The position numbers and the translations under genes were made by a program. Positions 20,281-28,876 of a stretch of 64,000 bases of DNA are shown piece after piece; within the stretch, counting starts at the first letter, position 1, and every line of letters starts with the position of its first letter. The stretch comes from an uncultured Candidatus Entotheonella sp. (GTDB taxonomy: Bacteria; Tectomicrobia; Entotheonellia; Entotheonellales; Entotheonellaceae), in NCBI GenBank assembly GCA_965217185.1, contig OZ244252.1, forward strand, positions 2,752,001 through 2,816,000, read 5' to 3'. Below the pieces are notes generated by a model. It had not been told where the DNA came from and made no database searches. It worked only from the letters and a program-made list of their open reading frames with translations.

Positions 20281-21309
20281 TTAGGTGAAATACGTATCCG
20301 ACGCGGCCGCCGCCAAGAAATTTTCCTGAAAATGCTCAGCGCTTTGCATATCGGCGTTAACCACATCAAGCCCGTGCGCCAGCACGTAGGCGTAACTGCG
20401 CTGGAAGGTCGTCAGGTTCGCTGCCATGAGCTTATCGTTGTACAAATGGTCATAGGCTCTCGGCTTGGCGCGCGTGAGTCTCCTACCGGCCAAGTAACGC
20501 CCCGCCTTCATACCGATCAATCCAATGCCGGCGGCCCGCGCCCGGGCCAGCATCGGCTGCAAGTCGCGCATCAACGGCGTGCCTGCCACGATGCGCCGGC
20601 TCGGATTGTCGTACCAACCCGCCGGCGTAATGGCGATTTGCGCCAGGGTATACCAGCCGGTTTCGATTGCCACCTCCAGAAGCGCGGCAGCGTTCTCGTG
20701 CGTGCTGATACCGAAATACGACACCTTGCCTGCCTGCCGCGCCGTCTCGAATGCGTTGTACACTTCCTCGCTGCCAACCAAGGCGGCGTTGTTTACGCCC
20801 ATGAGATAGTAGGCGTCCACGTGGTCGACCTGCAATTCCGACAGGCTGTTGTCGAGATAGGCGGACCAAGCCTGGGCAGCCTCTCGCGCCTGAGCCACGG
20901 TCAAGGTATCGGACGGCTTCAGCTTCCCACCGACCTTGGCCTTGGAGATCAGAAAAATATCCTGCCGACGTCTCTTCAAGAAGGGCGCCATATTCTTCTC
21001 GGCGTCCTTGTAGAACCCGCGGAAGCCCACGTCGAAAACGTTGATGCCGGCCTCGAACGCCGGCTCCAAGAGGTGAACCGCCTGCCCGCGGGAGAGTGCT
21101 GAGCCGCAGCCGAACACCAGCCGGCTGGCCTTGAAGCCGGTACCGCCGAGCGTCCGATAGGTCATCGCCGGTGCTGCTGGCGTCGCTGCGGCCGGGGCCG
21201 CGGCCGCCCCGTGGTGCAGGGCGTGCGCCACACCGGAACGCCAAGCTTGGCTTCCGAGCCCGATCCATGCCATCAATTGCAGAAAGTGACGACGTGTTTG
21301 CCGTGCCAT
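20281..21309 (-). CDS. Tat-exported aldo/keto reductase
   Basis: TRRHFLQ Tat signal; MTYRTLGGTG..SRLVFG, GINVFD...Y, SLSELQVDHVD and GKV.YFGISTH. Confidence 0.85.
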   Translation of the reverse strand: MARQTRRHFLQLMAWIGLGSQAWRSGVAHALHHGAAAAPAAATPAAPAMTYRTLGGTGFKASRLVFGCGSALSRGQAVHLLEPAFEAGINVFDVGFRGFYKDAEKNMAPFLKRRRQDIFLISKAKVGGKLKPSDTLTVAQAREAAQAWSAYLDNSLSELQVDHVDAYYLMGVNNAALVGSEEVYNAFETARQAGKVSYFGISTHENAAALLEVAIETGWYTLAQIAITPAGWYDNPSRRIVAGTPLMRDLQPMLARARAAGIGLIGMKAGRYLAGRRLTRAKPRAYDHLYNDKLMAANLTTFQRSYAYVLAHGLDVVNADMQSAEHFQENFLAAAASDTYFT

Positions 21310-21362
21310 CTATCTTGCCTCCTTTAAGTGATGAGTCCCGCCGTCCTTGACCGCGCGGGGAT

Positions 21363-22895
21363 TTAGTGCGAAATGAGAATCGTGTGCTCCCCGACCGTCG
21401 TGGTGATTTCCAATTCCCCGTCGACGATCGACCATTGCGCCGAGGGCTGGTCGTCGATCAGAACCCGAACATCGCGTCCGATGTTCCGCACCCGGAACGA
21501 CGTCGCGCTGCCTGCCGCGCGGGGCAGCCCGGCGTCCATGGACACAATGAGCGTGCGCTGGCTGGCATCGTACCACGCCTGCGACAGGCAGACGTCCGGA
21601 AAATCCACGCCGTAAACCGTCGGCTCGATAAACTTCCTCAGGTTTGGTTCATGATACAGACGCCAGAACGCCCCCGGGCTGCCAGCCTCGTGCACTGCGA
21701 TACTGGCGTTATATTGCCCGCGAGGATACCACTCGTTCAAGCCGAAGCCCCAAGTAAATTCGCCGCCTTCGCGGTCCCAGATGGGCTCGTAGTTGGCTTC
21801 GGCGTGGGCCTTCAGCCTGGCGAAAATGGCGTCCTCGCCGAACTCCCGTGCCAGCGTCAGGCCGCGAATGGTGCCGGAGGGCTCGCCCTTCAGGGTGGTG
21901 TAGTCCACCGATGCCTCCTGGAGCGGCTCAAGACTGCGCCAGCCCAGGAACTCGGCGGCCCCATCGAACAGCCGCCGCGCCTCGGCGGGCTTCTTGCCCG
22001 ATCAGCTCGTGCGCCAACAGCAGGTGCCCACCCGCCTTGGTCATGTGATGGTAAGCCACTAGCGGGTCATAATACAACGTCGAGCGGTCGGTGGCCTAGC
22101 CCTGAATTGCTCCCAGCCCATACAACTCCTTGGCGTGCTCCCACCAATTGTGGAATACCCGGTGCAGGTCGCTTCCGTAAAGCATTGTCGTGCAGCCTCA
22201 GACCGAGGCCGGCTCCAGCCAGTCACTGTGGCCAGATCTTGGTGTTTTCTCACTGGCAGCCTTCCGGCGACCTTGGACCACTGGTTCGCCAAGTACTCGG
22301 CAATGCCGGAATGCGTCCACGTGAAGGTGTTCTCGCCGTCCCGCACCATGTCGAAGGGCCGGTTCCACCTTTCGTCGCCGGACACGTACAGGTGAAAACC
22401 CAGCATCATCAGGAACCAGCCCTTGAAGAACAGGTTGCCGGCGGCGCCGATCGGGTCCATCTGCAGGCCCCACGGCTCGATGCCGTTCGCCGTCCAGCCC
22501 GGCACGTCGTACTGCCCGCGCAGGTGCTTGGGCATCAGCGTCTCGTGCCAGCCCTCGGGATAGCTGTCGCGCCGGGGGTCGGCGCCGGTCTGATCCAGCC
22601 AATCTCTGGCGGCGTGGTAGCCGGTGTGGCGGAACACCAGTTCATCCAGGATCGTGCTGTACACCTCGCGCCAAGCCGGGGTGGTATCGGCCATCAGCAC
22701 CACGGCGTGGCTGGATTCTCTGAGGTCCATGCGCGCCCACGAGGCGGTTGGCTCGCGGGAATACGAATCCCAATGCGGATGGGCCTCGCCGTCCTTGTCC
22801 CAATTGTCCGGTGTGGTCGCTTTTCGGTATAGGTAGCGTAGCCAGCCGCGACTCCTTTCAGACGTGGCGGCGTAACCGCGTACAGTTTTTGCCAT
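21363..22895 (-). CDS. Linalool dehydratase/isomerase (LinD)-like protein, candidate di-selenoprotein; frameshifts in this sequence
   Basis: The two ORF-track pieces share one frame and are bridged by three +1 homopolymer shifts. DPI...GNLFFKGW motif; corrected core reads PEGCQ*ENTKIWPQ*LAGAGLGLRLHD with TGA at 22250-22252 and 22223-22225. Confidence 0.72.
22193..22211 (-). promoter_or_regulatory. Putative bacterial SECIS element for the second UGA
   Basis: Minus strand CGGCCTC-GGTCT-GAGGCTG hairpin; the loop starts 18 nt after the TGA at 22223-22225. Confidence 0.72.
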
Positions 22896-22945
22896 TTCTG
22901 ATCTCCTCGGTTGAGACGACGCCCCTTCTTCTCCAAGGTCCCGTG

Positions 22946-24154
22946 TTACGCGTTGCCGTCGTCCATGATCAGCGCGCCCGAGGCTTGCAGCGCCGCGATG
23001 TCCGCCGCGTCGTAGCCGAGTTGGCGGGCAATCTCGGCGCCGTGCTCGCCGAAGCGTGGTGCGTGGCTACGGATGCTGCTGGGGGATTTCGAGAACCGTA
23101 CCGGCGAACGCACCAGCAGGGTATCGCCCTCGCTTGGATGGCGGTGCTTCTCGAACATGCCAACCGCCTGCAGGTGTTCGTCCTGCATCAGGTCCTCAAT
23201 GTCGGCAACCGGCATGCAGGGAATCTCAGCCTCTTCGCATATCGCCACCCACTCGGCGGTGGTCTTCTGCGGCGTGACGCTGGCGACGAAGCCGTACAGA
23301 TCGTCGACGCTCGTCACCCGCGCCCGGTAGGTGGCGAAGCGCGGCTCCTCCATCAACTCCGGGCGCCCGACAGCCGTGAAGAATCCCAGCCACTGCTTAT
23401 CGCTGTACGGCAGGATGCACACGTGGCCGTCGCGGGTCGGAAATGGCCGCCGTGCCGGCGTCAACACTCGTTGATAGCCAAGCGGAGCCATGGGCGGCTG
23501 GTAGGCGTAGCCATCCAGGTGCTCGACCAGATTGAACGCCACCATCGTTTCCAGCATGGGGACCTCAACGAACTGCCCTTCCCCCGTCCGCATCTTGTGC
23601 ACCAGAGCCATGGCAACCGCCTGGCTGAGCGTCAATCCGACGATCTTATCGGCGATGGTGGAAGGCACGTAACGCGCCTCTCCATCCTGCCGCTTGAATA
23701 GGCTGGCCAAGCCTGAGGCGGCCTGGATGGCGTCGTCATAGGCGGGCTTGGCGCGGTACGGACCGTCCTGCCCGAATCCGTACGCCCCGACGTACACCAC
23801 GTCGGACTTCAGCGCCGCCACCGCGGTGTAACCGAAACCGAGGCGCTCAATTGCCTGTGGGCGCATGTTGTGCACGAACACGTCCGCGGTCGGAATCAGG
23901 CGGCGCAGCACCTCGCGGCCGGCCTCCTGCTTCAGATCCAGCGCCAGCGACCGCTTGTTGCGATTGGCGTTGAGATAGATGCCGCCCATGCCGGCGCGGC
24001 GCACCGTGCCCATGTCGCGTGCAATGTCACCCGTGGGCGGCGCTTCCACCTTGATCACGTCGGCCCCCATGTCCCCCAGTATCTGGGTGCCGTAGGGGCC
24101 AAGCAGGACCGTGGTGACGTCAATTACGCGAATGCCGTCCAGGGAACCAGGCAC
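22946..24154 (-). CDS. Family III CoA-transferase (CaiB/BaiF)
   Basis: LDGIRVID..GPYGTQILGDMGADVIKVE, NRNKRSLALDLK, GFGQDGPY...AYD...QA.SG and APRFGEH; GTG after AAGGAGG. Confidence 0.93.
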   Translation of the reverse strand: MPGSLDGIRVIDVTTVLLGPYGTQILGDMGADVIKVEAPPTGDIARDMGTVRRAGMGGIYLNANRNKRSLALDLKQEAGREVLRRLIPTADVFVHNMRPQAIERLGFGYTAVAALKSDVVYVGAYGFGQDGPYRAKPAYDDAIQAASGLASLFKRQDGEARYVPSTIADKIVGLTLSQAVAMALVHKMRTGEGQFVEVPMLETMVAFNLVEHLDGYAYQPPMAPLGYQRVLTPARRPFPTRDGHVCILPYSDKQWLGFFTAVGRPELMEEPRFATYRARVTSVDDLYGFVASVTPQKTTAEWVAICEEAEIPCMPVADIEDLMQDEHLQAVGMFEKHRHPSEGDTLLVRSPVRFSKSPSSIRSHAPRFGEHGAEIARQLGYDAADIAALQASGALIMDDGNA

Positions 24155-24183
24155 GTTTACCCTCCTTGCAAATCGTAAAAAGC

Positions 24184-25679
24184 GAGCCACTTGCAGAATT
24201 GCGTGTACGAGTGGGATTTTCTTTCTCCGTGTCAAGCACGGGGCAGGCTCTGGGGCTGATTGGTGGACATTGGGGCCGCTTTCTGATTCTGTTGAGTTGT
24301 CAAACAACCGAATCAGGAGGAACGACCCCAATGGCCTTACGTGAGATACTATCGAGTTACTGGTCTTGCTTTCAAGCGCTGCTGTTCCCGCAGCTTGAGG
24401 AAACGATCGGGGCGCTGGGGGAACGCCATCAGCGCTTCGTCATGGTGCTCGAATGGGTGCGGGTGGAAACGCTGCTGCCGTACCAGCACCGGCGTCGCGG
24501 CTGTCCGCCAAGTGACCGCGCGGCCTTAGCCCGCGCCTTCATCGCCAAGGCCGTCTTCGCGCTGGTTAGCACCCGGATGTTGCTTGATCGTCTGCGCCAC
24601 GACAGCACCCTGCGCCGGTTGTGCGGCTGGCGTAGCGTCAAGCACATTCCGAGCGAGGCGACGTTTTCACGTGCCTTTGCCGAATTTGCCGACAGCGCCT
24701 TGCCGAGCCACCTGCACGAGGCGCTGATCAAACGCACCCAGGGTGAGCGTCTGGCAGGCCATATTTCACGCGATTCGACGGCGATTGAAGGGCGCGAGAG
24801 ACCGACCCCGAAGGCGCCGCAGCCGGCCAAGCCGAAGCGGCGGCGCGGGCGTCCGCGCAAGGGCGAGGAGCGCCCCACGGAGCCGCGCCGTCTGGAGCGC
24901 CAGCGCAACATGACCCTGCCGGAGATGCTCGCCGACTTGCCGTACGCCTGTGACATTGGCGTCAAGCGCGACGCCAAAGGCTATCAGACGTCATGGAGCG
25001 GCTACAAGTTGCATATTGACGCGGCCGACGGCGCCATCCCGGTCAGTTGCCTGCTTACCTCGGCGTCGCTGCACGACAGCCAAGTCGCCATCCCGCTGGC
25101 GACCCTGACGGCGGAGCGAGTCCGCAACCTGTATGACCTGATGGACAGCGCCTACGATGCCCCGGAAATCCGCGCCCACAGCCGCGCCCTGGGTCATGTT
25201 GCGATCATCGACGTCAACCCCCGCAGCGGCGCGCGCAAGCAGGCGCTGCGGCAGGAGAGGCAGGCACGGCGTGCCTGTGGGTTGGTCCTGTCTGAGGAGA
25301 GACGTTACCACGAACGCTCGACCGTCGAGCGCGTCAATGGTCGCCTCAAGGATGAATTCGGAGGTCGCAGCGTGCGCGTGCGCGGCCATGCCAAGGTGCT
25401 GTGTCATCTGATGTTCGGGATTGTGGCGCTCACGGTTGATCAGTTGATGCGCTTGGTGACCTGAAGCTGGTCTCGCGGTCCCGTTTCCTCCATCCCGGCA
25501 CACGCTGCTGTCCTGTACGCAGGGGGGAGAGTTGCGTCCGCATCGCAAGACGGGAGCCAGAACTTGGCACCGCCATGGCTGAATTCGTGGCAATTGGAAC
25601 CACCGACGGCAAATGATTCACCGTACGGTCTCATGACAACCGCTCCGAGGCCAAACTAGCGGAGTTTTGCAAGTGGCTC
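24184..25679 (+). mobile_element. Insertion sequence related to 13595-15081
   Basis: IRs GAGCCACTTGCAGAAT (from 24184) and GTTTTGCAAGTGGCTC (25664-25679); flanks AAGC/AAGT form an imperfect 4-bp TSD. Confidence 0.88.
24331..25464 (+). CDS. DDE transposase
   Basis: AGGAGG RBS; same motifs as 13820-14956 (SRDSTAI, GYKLHID, MDSAYD, RSTVERVNGRLK). Confidence 0.92.
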   Translation: MALREILSSYWSCFQALLFPQLEETIGALGERHQRFVMVLEWVRVETLLPYQHRRRGCPPSDRAALARAFIAKAVFALVSTRMLLDRLRHDSTLRRLCGWRSVKHIPSEATFSRAFAEFADSALPSHLHEALIKRTQGERLAGHISRDSTAIEGRERPTPKAPQPAKPKRRRGRPRKGEERPTEPRRLERQRNMTLPEMLADLPYACDIGVKRDAKGYQTSWSGYKLHIDAADGAIPVSCLLTSASLHDSQVAIPLATLTAERVRNLYDLMDSAYDAPEIRAHSRALGHVAIIDVNPRSGARKQALRQERQARRACGLVLSEERRYHERSTVERVNGRLKDEFGGRSVRVRGHAKVLCHLMFGIVALTVDQLMRLVT

Positions 25680-25860
25680 AAGTGGCTGATGATTGTCTCC
25701 GAAAACCGCTGGCAAGAGCGGCATGATGCCACACGCCACACCCGTGTTACAAGGCGGCGAAAGGGGCAGGGCAGCCCTGCATGGACACCACCTCGTGCAT
25801 CCCTTAAGATGCCGTCCCTCGTTACGATTCACCATCCTTTGGAAGACAAGGAGACGGAAA

Positions 25861-27369
25861 ATGGCATACTTTCTGAGTAAAGAGGGACTGGATAAACTCC
25901 AACACGCGGAGCAAGAGGGTTTCCGCTCCCCCATTCCCACCCGCATCATTTCCAACGGTGAGTTCGACCCCCTGCCGCAGACGGAACAGCAGGGGCGCTT
26001 CGAGGCCAGAATCCAGGACTTGGCCGATACCTATGGCAAGAAGCTGGGCATGGATCGGCGCGAATTTCTGCGCTCGAGCTGCGGCATGGCGGCGGCGTTC
26101 CTGGCGCTGAACGATGTGTTCGGACCGGTGTTCACGGTGGATCAGGCCGAGGCCGCCGACCCCGAGGTGGTGATGGCCCGCGCCAAAGGCTTGAAGCACC
26201 AGTTCATTTTCGACGCTCAGACCCATTTCGTGCGCGACGATTTCATGCACGAAGAGGCTCTGGGCCTGCGCAAATTTGCCGGCACGCACTGGAACCCGAG
26301 CAACGAGCTGCTCGACCCGGACCATCAGGAACTGTGGATGGTCAAATTCGAGAACTACGTGAAAGAGATTTTCGTCGACAGCGATACCGACGTCGCTCTG
26401 CTGTCGGGCGCTCCTTTCGACGATCCGACGTGGATCCTGGTTCACAACGACCAGATGGTGCGCGCCCGCAACATCGTCAACAGCATCAGCGGCAGCCGTC
26501 GCATGCTGAGCCACGCGGTGCTGCGGCCGACGCAAGCCGGCTGGGAACAGGAAGTGGACGAGGCCATCGAGGTGCACAAGCCGGACGCCTGGAAGATGTA
26601 CACCATCGGCGACCCGTTCGGCACCTCGAATTACCCCTGGCGGCTGGACGACGAGAAGCTGATGTACGGCACCTACGAAAAGATGGTGAAGGCCGGCATC
26701 ACCAACGTGGCGGTGCACAAGGGCCTGCTGCCGCTGGACTTCATGCAGAGCCGCGCCGATACCTGGCAGTACGCCACCCCGTGGGACGTGGGCAAGGTGG
26801 CGAAGGATTGGCCGCAGCTGAATTTCATTATCTACCATTCGGCGTGCCAGCCGTTCCTGGAGCTTCCCGATCCGCAGCTCGAGCTCTTCGAGCAGACCGG
26901 GGAGATTCGCTGGGCTTCCGACCTCGCCAAGATTCCCGAGGAATTCGGCGTGAGCAACGTGTACGCCGAATTGGGCACGGTGTTCGCCAACTGCTGCGTT
27001 ACGCACCCGCGTCTGGCCGCGGGTCTGGTGGGCACCCTCATCAAGGGCATGGGGGCGGACCACGTGATCTGGGGCAGCGAGGCGCCGTTTTACGGCTCGC
27101 CGCAGTGGGAAATCGAGGCGCTACGGCGCCTGGAAATTCCCGATGACCTCCAGCGCAAGCATGGTTTCGCGCCCTTGGGCGCCGCGGACTCGATGGTCAA
27201 GAACGCCATCTTCGGCCTCAACTCGGCCAAGATGTTCGGTCTGGACCTGCGCACTGCCCGCGGACCGATCTCGCAGGACACCTACTCGCAGATCAGGGAG
27301 GAATATCACCAGTCCGGCGGTTTCTACCGCAATCGTAGCAACGCCGCTTACGGCTTCGTGCAGGTTTAG
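25861..27369 (+). CDS. Amidohydrolase family (Amidohydro_2-like) protein
   Basis: FDAQTH, VHKG, FIIYHS, NVYAELG and DHVIWGSE; internal RREFL segment. Confidence 0.82.
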   Translation: MAYFLSKEGLDKLQHAEQEGFRSPIPTRIISNGEFDPLPQTEQQGRFEARIQDLADTYGKKLGMDRREFLRSSCGMAAAFLALNDVFGPVFTVDQAEAADPEVVMARAKGLKHQFIFDAQTHFVRDDFMHEEALGLRKFAGTHWNPSNELLDPDHQELWMVKFENYVKEIFVDSDTDVALLSGAPFDDPTWILVHNDQMVRARNIVNSISGSRRMLSHAVLRPTQAGWEQEVDEAIEVHKPDAWKMYTIGDPFGTSNYPWRLDDEKLMYGTYEKMVKAGITNVAVHKGLLPLDFMQSRADTWQYATPWDVGKVAKDWPQLNFIIYHSACQPFLELPDPQLELFEQTGEIRWASDLAKIPEEFGVSNVYAELGTVFANCCVTHPRLAAGLVGTLIKGMGADHVIWGSEAPFYGSPQWEIEALRRLEIPDDLQRKHGFAPLGAADSMVKNAIFGLNSAKMFGLDLRTARGPISQDTYSQIREEYHQSGGFYRNRSNAAYGFVQV

Positions 27370-27390
27370 TCGTCCAAGGCGATGACGGAC

Positions 27391-27434
27391 GGCGTTTGCG
27401 CGGGTGCTTCCCCGGTCCGTGCAAACGCCCTTTT
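27391..27434 (+). terminator. Intrinsic terminator
   Basis: GGCGTTTGCGCGG ... CCGTGCAAACGCC stem followed by CTTTT. Confidence 0.65.
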
Positions 27435-27475
27435 GATCTGTACGGACAAGAGCTATCAGGAGGAAGACAGACCGT

Positions 27476-28816
27476 ATGACCGTACCCTATACGGCGCTGA
27501 ACGAGGCCGACCTCGCCGGCAAGACCTTGATCATGCGCGTGGACTTCAATTCACCCGTCGAGGAGGTGCACGAGGGCCTTGTGCTGCGGGACACGACGCG
27601 GATTGACGATCATCTGGATACGTCGATCATGCCTCTGTTCGAATTGCCCAGGCCGCCGCGCAACATTGTACTGCTGGCGCACCAGGGCCGGCCGGGAAGG
27701 GACGATTGCACGACGTTGTTGCCGCACTTCGTATACTGCCGCGACAAACTACGCTCGAAAGGAATTGAGACGGCCTATGTGTGGGAAGGGCTCGACAGCG
27801 AAGCCATCCGGCAACGGGGTGAAGCGGCGGTGGCGTCTGACGATGTATTGACGCGCATTCGCAGTCTGCCGGACCGCGCGGTGCTGCTGCTGGAAAACGT
27901 GCGCTTAAGCGAAGCGGAATCACGGGTGAAGGGAGACCAGCCGGCGGCTTTCGCCGATACGCCCCTGATCCGTATGCTTGCCGAGGTGGACAATCGCGTC
28001 GTGGCGCTGGACGGCTTCTCGGTCGGGCACCGCGCCCAGGCTTCGGTGGTGGGTCTGGCGGTCTTGGGACCACTCTATGCGGGGCCGGTCGTAATGCGTG
28101 AGATTGAGCAATTATCGCAGGCCCTGGAGTCGCCCAAAGCCCCCATGCTGCTGATCGTCGGCGGCGCCAAAGTCGATGACTCACTCAACAGCATGCAGTA
28201 TTTCCTGGAGCAGGGAAAGGCGGACACGGTCATCACGGGCGGGCTCGTCGGCTTGGTGTTGTTGCAGGCGCAAGGGATTCAACTCAACGGGCAGACGGAG
28301 GCGAACATTGCTGCCTCCACCCGTGACCTGCCGCAGACCCTCGCCAAGGGCCGCGCCTTGACAGACCGCTTTGGCGACAAGATCAGAGTGCCGGTCGACG
28401 TTGCCTTGGGGCCGCAGCAGGGATCTGCGGTGGAGCGAGCCGAGCTACCGGCGAGCCGGATTGATCGGAGCGACCCCCGCCACATCGGCGACATCGGTCT
28501 GCAAACGATCACGCGGTACACGTACGAGATCGCGCAGGCCAACACGTTGGTCATGAATGGCCCTATGGGCCGCTACGAATGGCCGTGTTTTGCGCGTGGC
28601 AACGAAGAAATCCTGCGCTATGCCGCCTATGCGGCGCAGGCGAGAAACGCCCGCGTTCTCGTCGGCGGCGGCGACACCGGGGCGTCGCTCGGGACGCTGC
28701 CCACGGATTTGGTTAGCCACGTCAAGGTATGCTCATCGGGGAAAGCGTTTCTGGAGGTGTTGGCGACGGGCACGGTGGAGTCGTTGATCGGCGTCCGCAT
28801 GCTGGCTCGTCGATGA
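27476..28816 (+). CDS. pgk: Phosphoglycerate kinase (divergent, archaeal-like)
   Basis: RVDFNSP, AHQGRP, LLENVR, HRAQAS, GGAKV, DIG, NGPMG.YE and GGGDT. Confidence 0.88.
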   Translation: MTVPYTALNEADLAGKTLIMRVDFNSPVEEVHEGLVLRDTTRIDDHLDTSIMPLFELPRPPRNIVLLAHQGRPGRDDCTTLLPHFVYCRDKLRSKGIETAYVWEGLDSEAIRQRGEAAVASDDVLTRIRSLPDRAVLLLENVRLSEAESRVKGDQPAAFADTPLIRMLAEVDNRVVALDGFSVGHRAQASVVGLAVLGPLYAGPVVMREIEQLSQALESPKAPMLLIVGGAKVDDSLNSMQYFLEQGKADTVITGGLVGLVLLQAQGIQLNGQTEANIAASTRDLPQTLAKGRALTDRFGDKIRVPVDVALGPQQGSAVERAELPASRIDRSDPRHIGDIGLQTITRYTYEIAQANTLVMNGPMGRYEWPCFARGNEEILRYAAYAAQARNARVLVGGGDTGASLGTLPTDLVSHVKVCSSGKAFLEVLATGTVESLIGVRMLARR

Positions 28817-28876
28817 AGGGCTCTCCGGCGGGCGCGTCAAGAGAGACGGCGCCTCGCCGGAGGGGTAAAGGTAGGA

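Noticed and set aside
24200..24235. Outward-facing TTGACA in the second IS as a hybrid promoter
   Set aside because: No credible -10 at 16-18 bp, and it is too far from the IS end.
13595..25679. Composite transposon bounded by the two IS elements
   Set aside because: Each IS has its own target duplication, the outer flanks differ (ATAC vs AAGT), and the P450 continues inside the first IS.
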